64,000 nt of DNA, from IMG/VR virus record IMGVR_UViG_3300021399_000098; one strand, 5' to 3'. The notes under the pieces are model-generated. The model did no database searches, had not been told where the DNA came from, and saw only the letters and a program-made list of their open reading frames with translations. Source of the DNA: a virus (taxonomy: Duplodnaviria; Caudoviricetes). Made by a program: the position numbers and the translations under genes. Positions 50,772-59,579 of the stretch are shown here, in pieces; the stretch's first letter is position 1; the number at the start of each line of letters is the position of its first letter.

Positions 50772-51164
50772 CTATTTTTTATTTCCTGTATCAGTAAGAA
50801 CTTTGTCTGATTCTAGAAACACTTTTTTGAAAAATTCGTACAAGCTTGATGTAGGGTGGTCTGCATATTTCTTTAAACCTTCAATTGCTGTTTCCCTGAT
50901 TTTACCGATAATTGGCTCATGTTGGATGACCTCTTGAGCGTGCATTGCAATCTCTTCCTCAGAGTCACCTTGACCCATCATTTGCTGTTGCTGTGGCTGA
51001 ACCATACTTGGGTCTGGTTGCTGCTCTTCTCCCATTTCTGGAGACATTTCCATACCCATTCCATCATCCATTGCGCCCTCGTCACCATTGAATATATAAT
51101 CCTCTGAGAGTTGTTTCTTCAAAGTTTTCAACTCTTCTAAAACATTCTTAAAATTCTTTTTCAT
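50772..51164 (-). CDS. Hypothetical acidic Met/Gln-rich protein
   Basis: 130-aa ORF with TATTTATA upstream (51187-51194). Confidence 0.7.
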   Translation of the reverse strand: MKKNFKNVLEELKTLKKQLSEDYIFNGDEGAMDDGMGMEMSPEMGEEQQPDPSMVQPQQQQMMGQGDSEEEIAMHAQEVIQHEPIIGKIRETAIEGLKKYADHPTSSLYEFFKKVFLESDKVLTDTGNKK

Positions 51165-51264
51165 AATTAATAAACGTTTATTTCTATATAAATATTAATT
51201 AACGTTAAAAATATTGCTATATATTTGGCCAATTCAATTTTTTTTAATATCTTTGCAAAAAAAT

Positions 51265-51810
51265 ATGGATAAAAAGGAACTATTAATATCAAAAGGTAAA
51301 CACCTTGCTTTCCTTTTAAGACATGATAAGGAAGCATTAGATAATGGTATAATTGACCATAATGGTTGGAGAAATGTTTCAGAACTAATCAAAAATCAAG
51401 GATATACAAATGAAATTCTTGAAGAAATAGTCGAAACAAATAACAAGAAACGTTATGAGTTCAATGAAGCCCATACCAAGATACGTGCAAGACAAGGGCA
51501 TTCAATTAATGTAGATGTTGGATTAACTGAAACAATACCGCCTAATATATTATATCACGGAACGTCAACAAAGGCATTAGAATCGATTTACAAGCGAGGA
51601 ATCCTAAAAGGTGAAAGATTATACGTTCACTTGTCAAAAGACGAAGAAACAGCCTTAAAAGTGGGTTCTAGACACGGTACGCCATATGTACTACTAATTG
51701 ATTCTGAACAGATGTATGAGGATGGCATAAAATTCTACTTATCCAACAATGGGGTTTGGCTAACTGATTACGTTGATGCTAAATACATAAAAAAAGAGGA
51801 AGATTATTAG
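51265..51810 (+). CDS. kptA: RNA 2'-phosphotransferase (Tpt1/KptA); likely start MDKKELL
   Basis: LLRH, KKRY, IRARQGHS, LYHGT, VHLS, NGVWLT. Confidence 0.9.
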   Translation: MDKKELLISKGKHLAFLLRHDKEALDNGIIDHNGWRNVSELIKNQGYTNEILEEIVETNNKKRYEFNEAHTKIRARQGHSINVDVGLTETIPPNILYHGTSTKALESIYKRGILKGERLYVHLSKDEETALKVGSRHGTPYVLLIDSEQMYEDGIKFYLSNNGVWLTDYVDAKYIKKEEDY

Positions 51811-51840
51811 TCTCCCTCTTTTTTATTTAGTATATTTCAA

Positions 51841-52887
51841 TTAAATATCATCGAATGAAACACCCTCTATTTTCTTTTTTAATTGTTCCATATTATTACA
51901 AACATTATCATTTGTGTAAAGTCCATCAAACTTTTTGCTAGACTTATAATAAGGTACTGTATTCTTTTTTGGGATATAATATAACAATTTTATCCCTTTT
52001 TCTTTACATAACTTATTTTTATACAAGTCTCTATGCAAATTTTTCTCAAATTCTTCCTCAGCCCATTTTTCTCCTCTCCCAGCAAAATCTACTGATTTAA
52101 AATGCTGTCTCCCTTGACATTCTATTGCAACATTTTCTTTAACAAGATAAAAATCAAGTGAATTTTTATTATTAGTCTTATCGTATCTATATTGACTAAT
52201 AAAATCAATTTTATTTTCTAATAGCCAGTTAAAGACCTCTTTTTCTAACTTACTTTGAGCACAATGAGGACACCCCCTACCTCTTAAATGGTTATTTGGA
52301 GTAACATAAAATATCCCATGTTTTTTACATATCACTGGTATTTTTGTTCTATTATTGGAATATTTAGTAAACAATGAATAATCATATAAATCTCCATAAA
52401 CATTTTTAAATTGTTCTTTAACATTATCCACTGTTAATCTCCCTCTACTATCCCATATTCTTTTACATTTACATTTAGGACAACCTTGACCACGAATGTG
52501 GTCTACTGGTCTTTGCCAGAATTCACCGTGTTCTACACCATTTTCGTCTTTTTCATGGCAAATTATGCATACATTATTATGTGTCCCATTTACTTCAGAC
52601 TTTGAATAATCATACCTCCCATCATGAACTTTTTTTGCTTCATTGATAAATGATTCAGTTGTTCTCTTGGCATTTCCACTACAATATGGACATCCATGTT
52701 TTCTATTTATGTGATGGTCAAAATCTTGATAAAAAACACCATGTTCAATACCATTTTTATCTTTTTCGTGACACACAATTGGATATTTTACTCTGTTATT
52801 TTTGTACTCATGGATTAACGAATAATCATATTTGTGATTATGAATTTCATTTGCTTTGTCTATTACTTTTTCTAAATTACATTTCAT
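51841..52887 (-). mobile_element. Free-standing homing endonuclease (three Zn-ribbon repeats + PD-(D/E)XK nuclease); likely start MKCNLEK
   Basis: KYDYS...HG.F...H..GCP.C repeats; SKLE, LDFYL, AIECQGRQHF; C-terminus EGVSFDDI identical to sheath. Confidence 0.78.
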
Positions 52888-52988
52888 ACTTCCTTCTATT
52901 TTAATATAAATAGTTACTAAACTCAAAAACCACTCCTTCTGGTGCAAAGATATGTAATATTTTTTTAATAAACAAATTTTTAGCCAAA

Positions 52989-53022
52989 AAAAAAACTAGA
53001 AAGACTATCTTTCTAGTTTTTT
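52989..53022 (-). terminator. Intrinsic terminator after sheath gene
   Basis: AAAAAACTAGAAAGA / TCTTTCTAGTTTTTT. Confidence 0.75.
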
Positions 53023-53049
53023 TATTGGTTTATTTGATTCTATCAAATA

Positions 53050-56000
53050 TTAAATATCGTCAAAAGAGACCCCCTCTGGGGATAAAATAAAATCGATTGT
53101 TATGTACTCAAGAGCATTGTAAGGCTTGAAGTAAATCTTACATGGAAGCTCTCTTCTCTCTCTTGACTCGATTGAGTCGTTAACCTCGATTCTGTAGTCT
53201 GAGATACCTCTGTTGCCTCTGATGCTATCCAAAATTGGAGTTACAGTTGAAATGAATGACTGCTTAACTGTTGCATCATTTGGTTCAAAGATTAAACCGA
53301 TACATGAAATTGCAATAAGCTTTCTCAACCTTAGAAGCAATCTACGAACTGCGATTCTATTAAGTTGTGACTCATTAATCTGCAAGTTCTTTTGACCCCA
53401 AATCTTTGGACCGTCTTGCGCAAAGGTCTTAACTGGGTTAATTCTACCATCGTACAATACATCCTCGTCAGCCAACTTAGTGATGAAGTGTGCTCTTACG
53501 CAATCAACATTACCACGCTCAATACCTGCTGGTGCGAACCAAGGCCATGCTGTGTTATCAGTCTGTGCGAAGTTTCTAACTGCATCCTTTGTAGGTGGTA
53601 AGTAAATGTATTGATTGTTATCAACATCCAAATACTTAACCCAAGGATAATATGTACATGAATAGTTAGAATCAATTTCAGTGTCCTCTAGGTTATAAAC
53701 TGCATCCTCTGGTGTATACATTTCATCAACGAAATCATCTGCACCACTTGGCTTATCAGGAGTTGTTATAACATAGATACTGTCAGCTCTTTCCTCTTCA
53801 ATCATTTCGATTGCCTCTTCTACAAGAAGCTTCTGATTTACATAGTCAATACCTGGAGTTGCAAATACGTTAATATCTGTTGCCTCTGGTGTTGCGAACT
53901 GTCTAATACCGCTCAAGTAAGCATACCAGTCAGATGTGATACCATTCTGATTCAACTGTAGAAGCTCAGGATTCATAATCTTACTGAATGCATAACCCTC
54001 ACCACTGTTTTGGTTGATATAACCTCTGTACTGTGACATCTTGAACTTGTCAGTGTTGGTTCTCTGGTCTCTGTAAACATCCCATCCATCGAATCCTCCA
54101 TAGAAGAATACAGTGAATTTACGAAGATTTACATACTCATAGATTGAACCATACATGTTCTCTTCCTTGTCAATGATAGGTGCTCTGTCAAGAACTTGTG
54201 TTCTAGCATTAGTTGAAACGCTATCGAATACATATCCATACTCTCCATCAACAGTGACAGAACCACTTGATACACCACCATTGGCATAATCCAAACGGCT
54301 ATCTAGATGGAAGCCATGAGAAAGGAATTCAGGTTCATTAATATAAGTCATATTACCCTTGAATGTGAAGTTATCAATGTCAACTCCTACCCATGAAGAA
54401 AGTCCAAAGTATTGCTTTCTATTCTTAATATCTTCATCGAAGTCTCTATTGTACTTGATTGTTGGGAATGAAACTCCTTCCAATGCATCACCTGCGATTG
54501 GAGTACCACTGTACATTGGAATTGGATAACCCAAGAAGCCTGCTGGTACTGAATTCTTAGCAGCCAATGTATCATTTACCTCAACAGTGATGAACTTTGA
54601 CTTAGACTCATATACACCATCAAATGAACCAATCTTGAATGCTATGTAATTTGAATCACCTGGAACCATTGAGCATCTTCCAAACTTCTCAAGTGGGATG
54701 ATTGATTCATCAAGGTCATCAATTCTACGTACTACAACGTCAAATACGCCCTCATCAGGTCTAATGTTCTCAATAGATACCTTAACCTCGTAGTTAGCAT
54801 TGTCACCGTCAGAAATGGTGTGGAATCTGAACAACTTGTTAACCTCAACTTTCTCCAAGTCACCCTTCAAGTTAGAAACAATCCAAGGAGTAGAAGCATA
54901 TCTGTAAGCTGACTTATAATCATTCATATCAAACTTAACATAAGTAACATTAGATTCATCGTCATCCATTCTATAATATAAGCCGTCTGCCTTGTTGTAA
55001 ACCAATGTTGAAGTGTTACTAGTGTTGCCTTTAGTGCCACCATACTTCAAGTTACCGTAGTAGTTAACCTTATCTGATTCACTAGTAGCACTAGAAGTTC
55101 CGCTAGTAACGCTATCTGCGGTATAATAAGTATATAAATACTGTCTCTTACTGTCTTGTGTGGTATATTGCTTTACAGTATAAATCTGTCCAACCTTAAT
55201 TGCTTCTTGAACAACATCATTAGCTACATCTGTCCAAGCTGAAGAAGAAGAAACTAACTCGTATCCTGTTGGGATTGTTGGACTATCGATTTCCTTCTTT
55301 GGTCTATTACTCCAAGTTAAATATTCGGTTGTGGCTGTTGTCAATCCACTTGTTTCTGAAGTATTTCCTTTCCATTGATAGTTCCATTTTATCATCTTTT
55401 CTTCATCAGCACATTGTACTCCTGTAGTAGCAGTTTGGTCTAGAACATATGCATCCTTAAGTATTTGTGGATTGTTGCTGCTAAAGATATAAGGTGTACA
55501 TAAGATACCCTTGTCGCTTGCATTATTATCTGCCAAGTATCTCATACCAACGTACTTTCTAGTAAGTGCCGTATGAGGAATTGTCATTAATGCACTAATT
55601 GGCTGATGCCAACAATAGTCAGCGATTGCATATGCTTGAACACCAACTAATGTGCTATCAATCTGATTAAGACTAAGTGCTGCAATACCTTGCTCAAGTG
55701 CAACGTCATAAAGAGACTCGACATAGATTGGTGAATCACCATTATCTGCCTTTGTACCCAAAACCTTTAAGATATATTCCTTATCCTCTGGGTTTAAACT
55801 CACTGCATATTCAAAATAACCACTATCACCACTTGAAGGTGTGGTATTGTCCGCATGAGGGCCTTTTATACCTTTAATCTTGAATCTTCCTCTGTTGGTC
55901 TGTGAAATTGACCATGAGCCAGCACCGCCAGACATGCTATGACCATCGCACTCATTACCACTGTCAGTCATTGGAATGTATTCTGAAATCGTCAATGCAC

Positions 56001-56529
56001 TTAAATTGTATGTGTTCTTAACGCAATCAGAAGCAGAATTACCACTTACCTCTCCGACTTCATATTGTAGAACATCATACTTGCTAGGTTCACAAGTACA
56101 AGCTGTGGTTGAGCCTGTCTTATATAAATCGTATCCACCTCTTGAACGTAGGACAACAACTGCTTGTCTGTCACTATTACCTCCATTTGATGCCGTTACA
56201 ATCCATGCAGGACCTGCGTTGTAACCACTTAGACCAAGTACACGCACAACTTTAAGTTGCTCACTTTCAGTCAAATATGACTTAGCAATGTAAGGCAACT
56301 CGTATTTAGGATATTTACTTCCCTTGAATTTCTCTGTACTTGTTCCACCAAACATTTCTTGGAACTCACGCCAGTTAGCAATGTCCATTGGCTGAAAAGC
56401 TGGACCTTTTAGGGTCTCACCAACAACACCAAGTGTTGTGATACCAAGACTACGGACAGCGTAAGTCATGTCTATCTCACGAGTATAAATACCTGGTGAA
56501 ACATGTATTCCTCTTGCATTATCTGCCAT
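53050..56529 (-). CDS. Contractile tail sheath protein
   Basis: VSPGIYTREID, GETLKGPAF, YYPWV, PWFAPAGIERG, RINPV, WGQKNLQ, RIAVRRLL, FEPND. Confidence 0.95.
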   Translation of the reverse strand: MADNARGIHVSPGIYTREIDMTYAVRSLGITTLGVVGETLKGPAFQPMDIANWREFQEMFGGTSTEKFKGSKYPKYELPYIAKSYLTESEQLKVVRVLGLSGYNAGPAWIVTASNGGNSDRQAVVVLRSRGGYDLYKTGSTTACTCEPSKYDVLQYEVGEVSGNSASDCVKNTYNLSALTISEYIPMTDSGNECDGHSMSGGAGSWSISQTNRGRFKIKGIKGPHADNTTPSSGDSGYFEYAVSLNPEDKEYILKVLGTKADNGDSPIYVESLYDVALEQGIAALSLNQIDSTLVGVQAYAIADYCWHQPISALMTIPHTALTRKYVGMRYLADNNASDKGILCTPYIFSSNNPQILKDAYVLDQTATTGVQCADEEKMIKWNYQWKGNTSETSGLTTATTEYLTWSNRPKKEIDSPTIPTGYELVSSSSAWTDVANDVVQEAIKVGQIYTVKQYTTQDSKRQYLYTYYTADSVTSGTSSATSESDKVNYYGNLKYGGTKGNTSNTSTLVYNKADGLYYRMDDDESNVTYVKFDMNDYKSAYRYASTPWIVSNLKGDLEKVEVNKLFRFHTISDGDNANYEVKVSIENIRPDEGVFDVVVRRIDDLDESIIPLEKFGRCSMVPGDSNYIAFKIGSFDGVYESKSKFITVEVNDTLAAKNSVPAGFLGYPIPMYSGTPIAGDALEGVSFPTIKYNRDFDEDIKNRKQYFGLSSWVGVDIDNFTFKGNMTYINEPEFLSHGFHLDSRLDYANGGVSSGSVTVDGEYGYVFDSVSTNARTQVLDRAPIIDKEENMYGSIYEYVNLRKFTVFFYGGFDGWDVYRDQRTNTDKFKMSQYRGYINQNSGEGYAFSKIMNPELLQLNQNGITSDWYAYLSGIRQFATPEATDINVFATPGIDYVNQKLLVEEAIEMIEEERADSIYVITTPDKPSGADDFVDEMYTPEDAVYNLEDTEIDSNYSCTYYPWVKYLDVDNNQYIYLPPTKDAVRNFAQTDNTAWPWFAPAGIERGNVDCVRAHFITKLADEDVLYDGRINPVKTFAQDGPKIWGQKNLQINESQLNRIAVRRLLLRLRKLIAISCIGLIFEPNDATVKQSFISTVTPILDSIRGNRGISDYRIEVNDSIESRERRELPCKIYFKPYNALEYITIDFILSPEGVSFDDI

Positions 56530-56597
56530 AATTCTTATAATATTTTAATTTTATTAGTTATTTTTCCTATATATAAATATTTAGTTTATCTCAAAGA

Positions 56598-56930
56598 TTA
56601 CTCCCAAAATTTATTTTTTAAGATAATATTTTCAAATTCCTCGTCTTTAAACTTAGAAGCTACGTATTCGATGAACTCTATTGTTTCATTTTGGTCATAT
56701 GGTACTTCCGAATCCATTACCATGTTATGATACTCCTTGAGCTTTTCAGAATCATCAAATTTCTTTGCATATTCATCTTGAATATAGAAAGCATAATTGG
56801 TTATCCTTCCTATGGATTTCAACAGCTCATAAAGCTTAAAAGCATCACCAAAATTCATTTTAAACTTGAACCTAACGTCTATTTCAAGTAAAAGTCTTTC
56901 CAAAACCATAAGTTCTTTAACTTTAATCAT
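56598..56930 (-). CDS. Hypothetical protein
   Basis: 110-aa ORF. Confidence 0.6.
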   Translation of the reverse strand: MIKVKELMVLERLLLEIDVRFKFKMNFGDAFKLYELLKSIGRITNYAFYIQDEYAKKFDDSEKLKEYHNMVMDSEVPYDQNETIEFIEYVASKFKDEEFENIILKNKFWE

Positions 56931-57007
56931 AACAATAATATTTTATTATTAATAAATATTGTATGAAAACAGAAAGTACAAAAAAATAAGAGCGGCTTGC
57001 GTCACTC

Positions 57008-58321
57008 TTATTCTTCTTTGGGGTTAACCAAAATATGTTCTTCATCAATCGGCTCATCCAATGATGTTTCATTAAGTGCTTGGGAATCAAATGCCACTTC
57101 TGGGTCATATCCCACCAACACAACCTCTGACGCGGATTCCAAGTCATCCCTACTAATCTTTACGGTTATTTTATCGCCATTTAAGAATTTAATCTCATTT
57201 TCAAGATTCATGACTTCATCGTTGACTAATAGTTTGAAATCATATACATTTGACGTTTCAACAGAGGTGAGAACCATATCTTTGTCTATCTGGAATTCCA
57301 ACTCCAATATACAGTCGAAATTCATTATGACCTTCATCACCTTATTGTAATACCTTGATGGTTCTGATGCGCAACAATCATCTGCATCATCTGTTTCTTC
57401 ATGTAATTCAGTAGGCATATCATGCGGCTTCATTGTAGGAACTACACATCTTTCATCGTTAAGCATTGCTTCAAGGTTAAACTCTTGGTCTTCGTCCTTG
57501 CTGAAATTGATGAATTTGACCTTTTCGTCCTCCCTGCGGTTCTTACCCCTACGATGGACTATTCCGCTAGCGTCAGAGTCCTTCCAAGGCAATATGAACA
57601 AAGAAGGAATCCTTTCTACCTTATAGTCCTCTTTCCTTATGATATATCCCCTTACTTTAACCTTATATGTCTGGGAATAATACCTTCTGTCGTTTATTTC
57701 ATACTCAGAGTTGTCGGACACATCTTCCAAAGTCATTGACATTGGGTGGCCGTTAGGCGATATGTAACAGTCTATAGCACTAAACTCGTAGTGCATCAAC
57801 TCATTCATTTCATTCACAAGCTCCATCTTATTGGTGACGATTGAAATGGAATACATGAAATTGACAGCGAAAGGCTGTTTCATCGTATACTTGTCAAATG
57901 CTTCAGTACCATTCTCTTGCAACACTGGCACATAGAACATTGCGAAATCCTTATGTCCTGGAATGTTAAAATAGTTTCCTTGGTTTTCACCTTTCTGTGG
58001 GTTATTTTCGCGTGTAATCGTCTTGAAATTGATGATTGGGTTGCCAGTATCATCTTGTTTATCCCATTCTTGAAGGTATTCACTTAACCTCTGTGTACTA
58101 TACAATTTATACGTAGGAAGCCTTTTACCATCGTATTCCATTCGGATTTTCTCATCCACCCAACGGAACATAGCTTCATCTATATCCGAATACTCTATTG
58201 GTTTTGGAAAATATGATTGGTTCTCCAATATGAGTTTAGACATATTTCTACGTCTCTCTACTCCCTTTGCATGGTTTCTGAGGCGTAGCTTATCCATATA
58301 TGGTTTTGGCTGTACTAACAT
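57008..58321 (-). CDS. Probable tail terminator / sheath stabiliser (T4 gp15-like)
   Basis: DIDEAMF, PII..ITR, QPFAVNFMYSISI pattern; upstream of sheath. Confidence 0.5.
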   Translation of the reverse strand: MLVQPKPYMDKLRLRNHAKGVERRRNMSKLILENQSYFPKPIEYSDIDEAMFRWVDEKIRMEYDGKRLPTYKLYSTQRLSEYLQEWDKQDDTGNPIINFKTITRENNPQKGENQGNYFNIPGHKDFAMFYVPVLQENGTEAFDKYTMKQPFAVNFMYSISIVTNKMELVNEMNELMHYEFSAIDCYISPNGHPMSMTLEDVSDNSEYEINDRRYYSQTYKVKVRGYIIRKEDYKVERIPSLFILPWKDSDASGIVHRRGKNRREDEKVKFINFSKDEDQEFNLEAMLNDERCVVPTMKPHDMPTELHEETDDADDCCASEPSRYYNKVMKVIMNFDCILELEFQIDKDMVLTSVETSNVYDFKLLVNDEVMNLENEIKFLNGDKITVKISRDDLESASEVVLVGYDPEVAFDSQALNETSLDEPIDEEHILVNPKEE

Positions 58322-58353
58322 TTCTAACTATATTATTTACAATAAATACTTGT

Positions 58354-58536
58354 TTAATCCGTCTTTTTCTTCTTTAACTCTTCAATTAATTTGTCAGCGT
58401 AATTCACGGCAATATCTGCAATTTGTTTCCTAAACACAAATTGAAATATAAATACCATAATTGAACTGCTTAATATCGCATTCATAATGTTTATAGAAGC
58501 ATCTACCCTTACTTGTTCCCAATTAATGTTATCCAT
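58354..58536 (-). CDS. Small hypothetical protein
   Basis: INWEQVRVDASI...AVNYADKLIEELK. Confidence 0.55.
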   Translation of the reverse strand: MDNINWEQVRVDASINIMNAILSSSIMVFIFQFVFRKQIADIAVNYADKLIEELKKKKTD

Positions 58537-58557
58537 TATTAATAACTAACATATTTT

Positions 58558-59028
58558 TCATGAATTAAATTTTTCCTTTAATATTTTTTTCTTTTCTTCA
58601 AATGGTTTTGATACAATGTACATAAAATCATCTTTATGCTTTTCTATATACTCGTCAAGAGTACATATAGGTTTGCAAGGCACTCCTGCCGCAACCGTAT
58701 TTGATGGAATATCACGATTTACAACACTTCCAGCCCCAATAATACAATTATCCCCAATTTTAACATTGGGAAGAATAACACTTCTACATCCTATAAAACA
58801 GTTTTTTCCAACTGTTATTGGGCCGTAAATCACAGTTTCCTTGTTTCCATTTGGTAAATTCCTTATCACCCTAGTTGCAGCATCGTGCGTAACAAAAGCG
58901 CAATCAAATGATACTGTTGTGTCATCACCAATCGTTATAAGATATGGCTCAGAACCAAAATTAGCCCCACCTATCACTTTAACATTCTTTCCAAGGTTGG
59001 GTTCTCCATAATTTTTTACTGTATACAT
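58558..59028 (-). CDS. Hexapeptide-repeat (LbH) O-acyltransferase
   Basis: EPYLITIGD, FVTHD, IGDNCIIGAGSVV, AAGVP. Confidence 0.85.
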   Translation of the reverse strand: MYTVKNYGEPNLGKNVKVIGGANFGSEPYLITIGDDTTVSFDCAFVTHDAATRVIRNLPNGNKETVIYGPITVGKNCFIGCRSVILPNVKIGDNCIIGAGSVVNRDIPSNTVAAGVPCKPICTLDEYIEKHKDDFMYIVSKPFEEKKKILKEKFNS

Positions 59029-59087
59029 AAGTTTACAACTAACATTTTACACCTAATAAATATTTATAGAAAATAAAAAGCAAAACC

Positions 59088-59522
59088 ATGAAAAAAATTA
59101 TTAGACTTACTGAAAGTGATTTACATAACATTGTCAAAAAATCTGTAAACAAAATACTTAGAGAAAGCTTTGATAGATGGACTGAAAAAGGTTCATGCTA
59201 TATATCAGACAAATTCTTAGAGGCTGTTGCGCAAGTTGTAGATGAAGATGTTTACGATTCACTAAACGCATACGTATCAAATAACCCAAAAGCATTTTAC
59301 CTCATAGGCGTATTCGATGTGGGTTATGATGACGAAACTGGTTATGGAGACAAAAACTCTCTAGTATATGAACTAAGAGATGTTAAAGGAAAAGACAAGG
59401 CAATGCAATACCTTATGAACTTCCAAACTGACACACAGACATTGAAAACTATTATACAAATATTTAACAATGTGGTCATAAACCTTGATGAGACTGATTT
59501 TGGTTTAGGCGAAGAATATTAA
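59088..59522 (+). CDS. Hypothetical protein of the RLTESDL N-terminal family
   Basis: MKKIIRLTESDLHNIVKKSVNKILRE; TATTTATA at 59061-59068. Confidence 0.7.
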   Translation: MKKIIRLTESDLHNIVKKSVNKILRESFDRWTEKGSCYISDKFLEAVAQVVDEDVYDSLNAYVSNNPKAFYLIGVFDVGYDDETGYGDKNSLVYELRDVKGKDKAMQYLMNFQTDTQTLKTIIQIFNNVVINLDETDFGLGEEY

Positions 59523-59528
59523 CGAATT

Positions 59529-59562
59529 AAAAAAAGGAGTAGTATACGCTACTCCTTTTTTT
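59529..59562. terminator. Bidirectional intrinsic terminator
   Basis: AAAAAAGGAGTAG / CTACTCCTTTTTT. Confidence 0.8.
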
Positions 59563-59579
59563 ATTAGTATTATTAACAT

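Noticed and set aside
3200-51210. Recurrent GTTAAAA / TTTTAAC words near promoters as a repressor operator
   Set aside because: Short, AT-rich and inconsistently spaced; cannot be separated from background by eye
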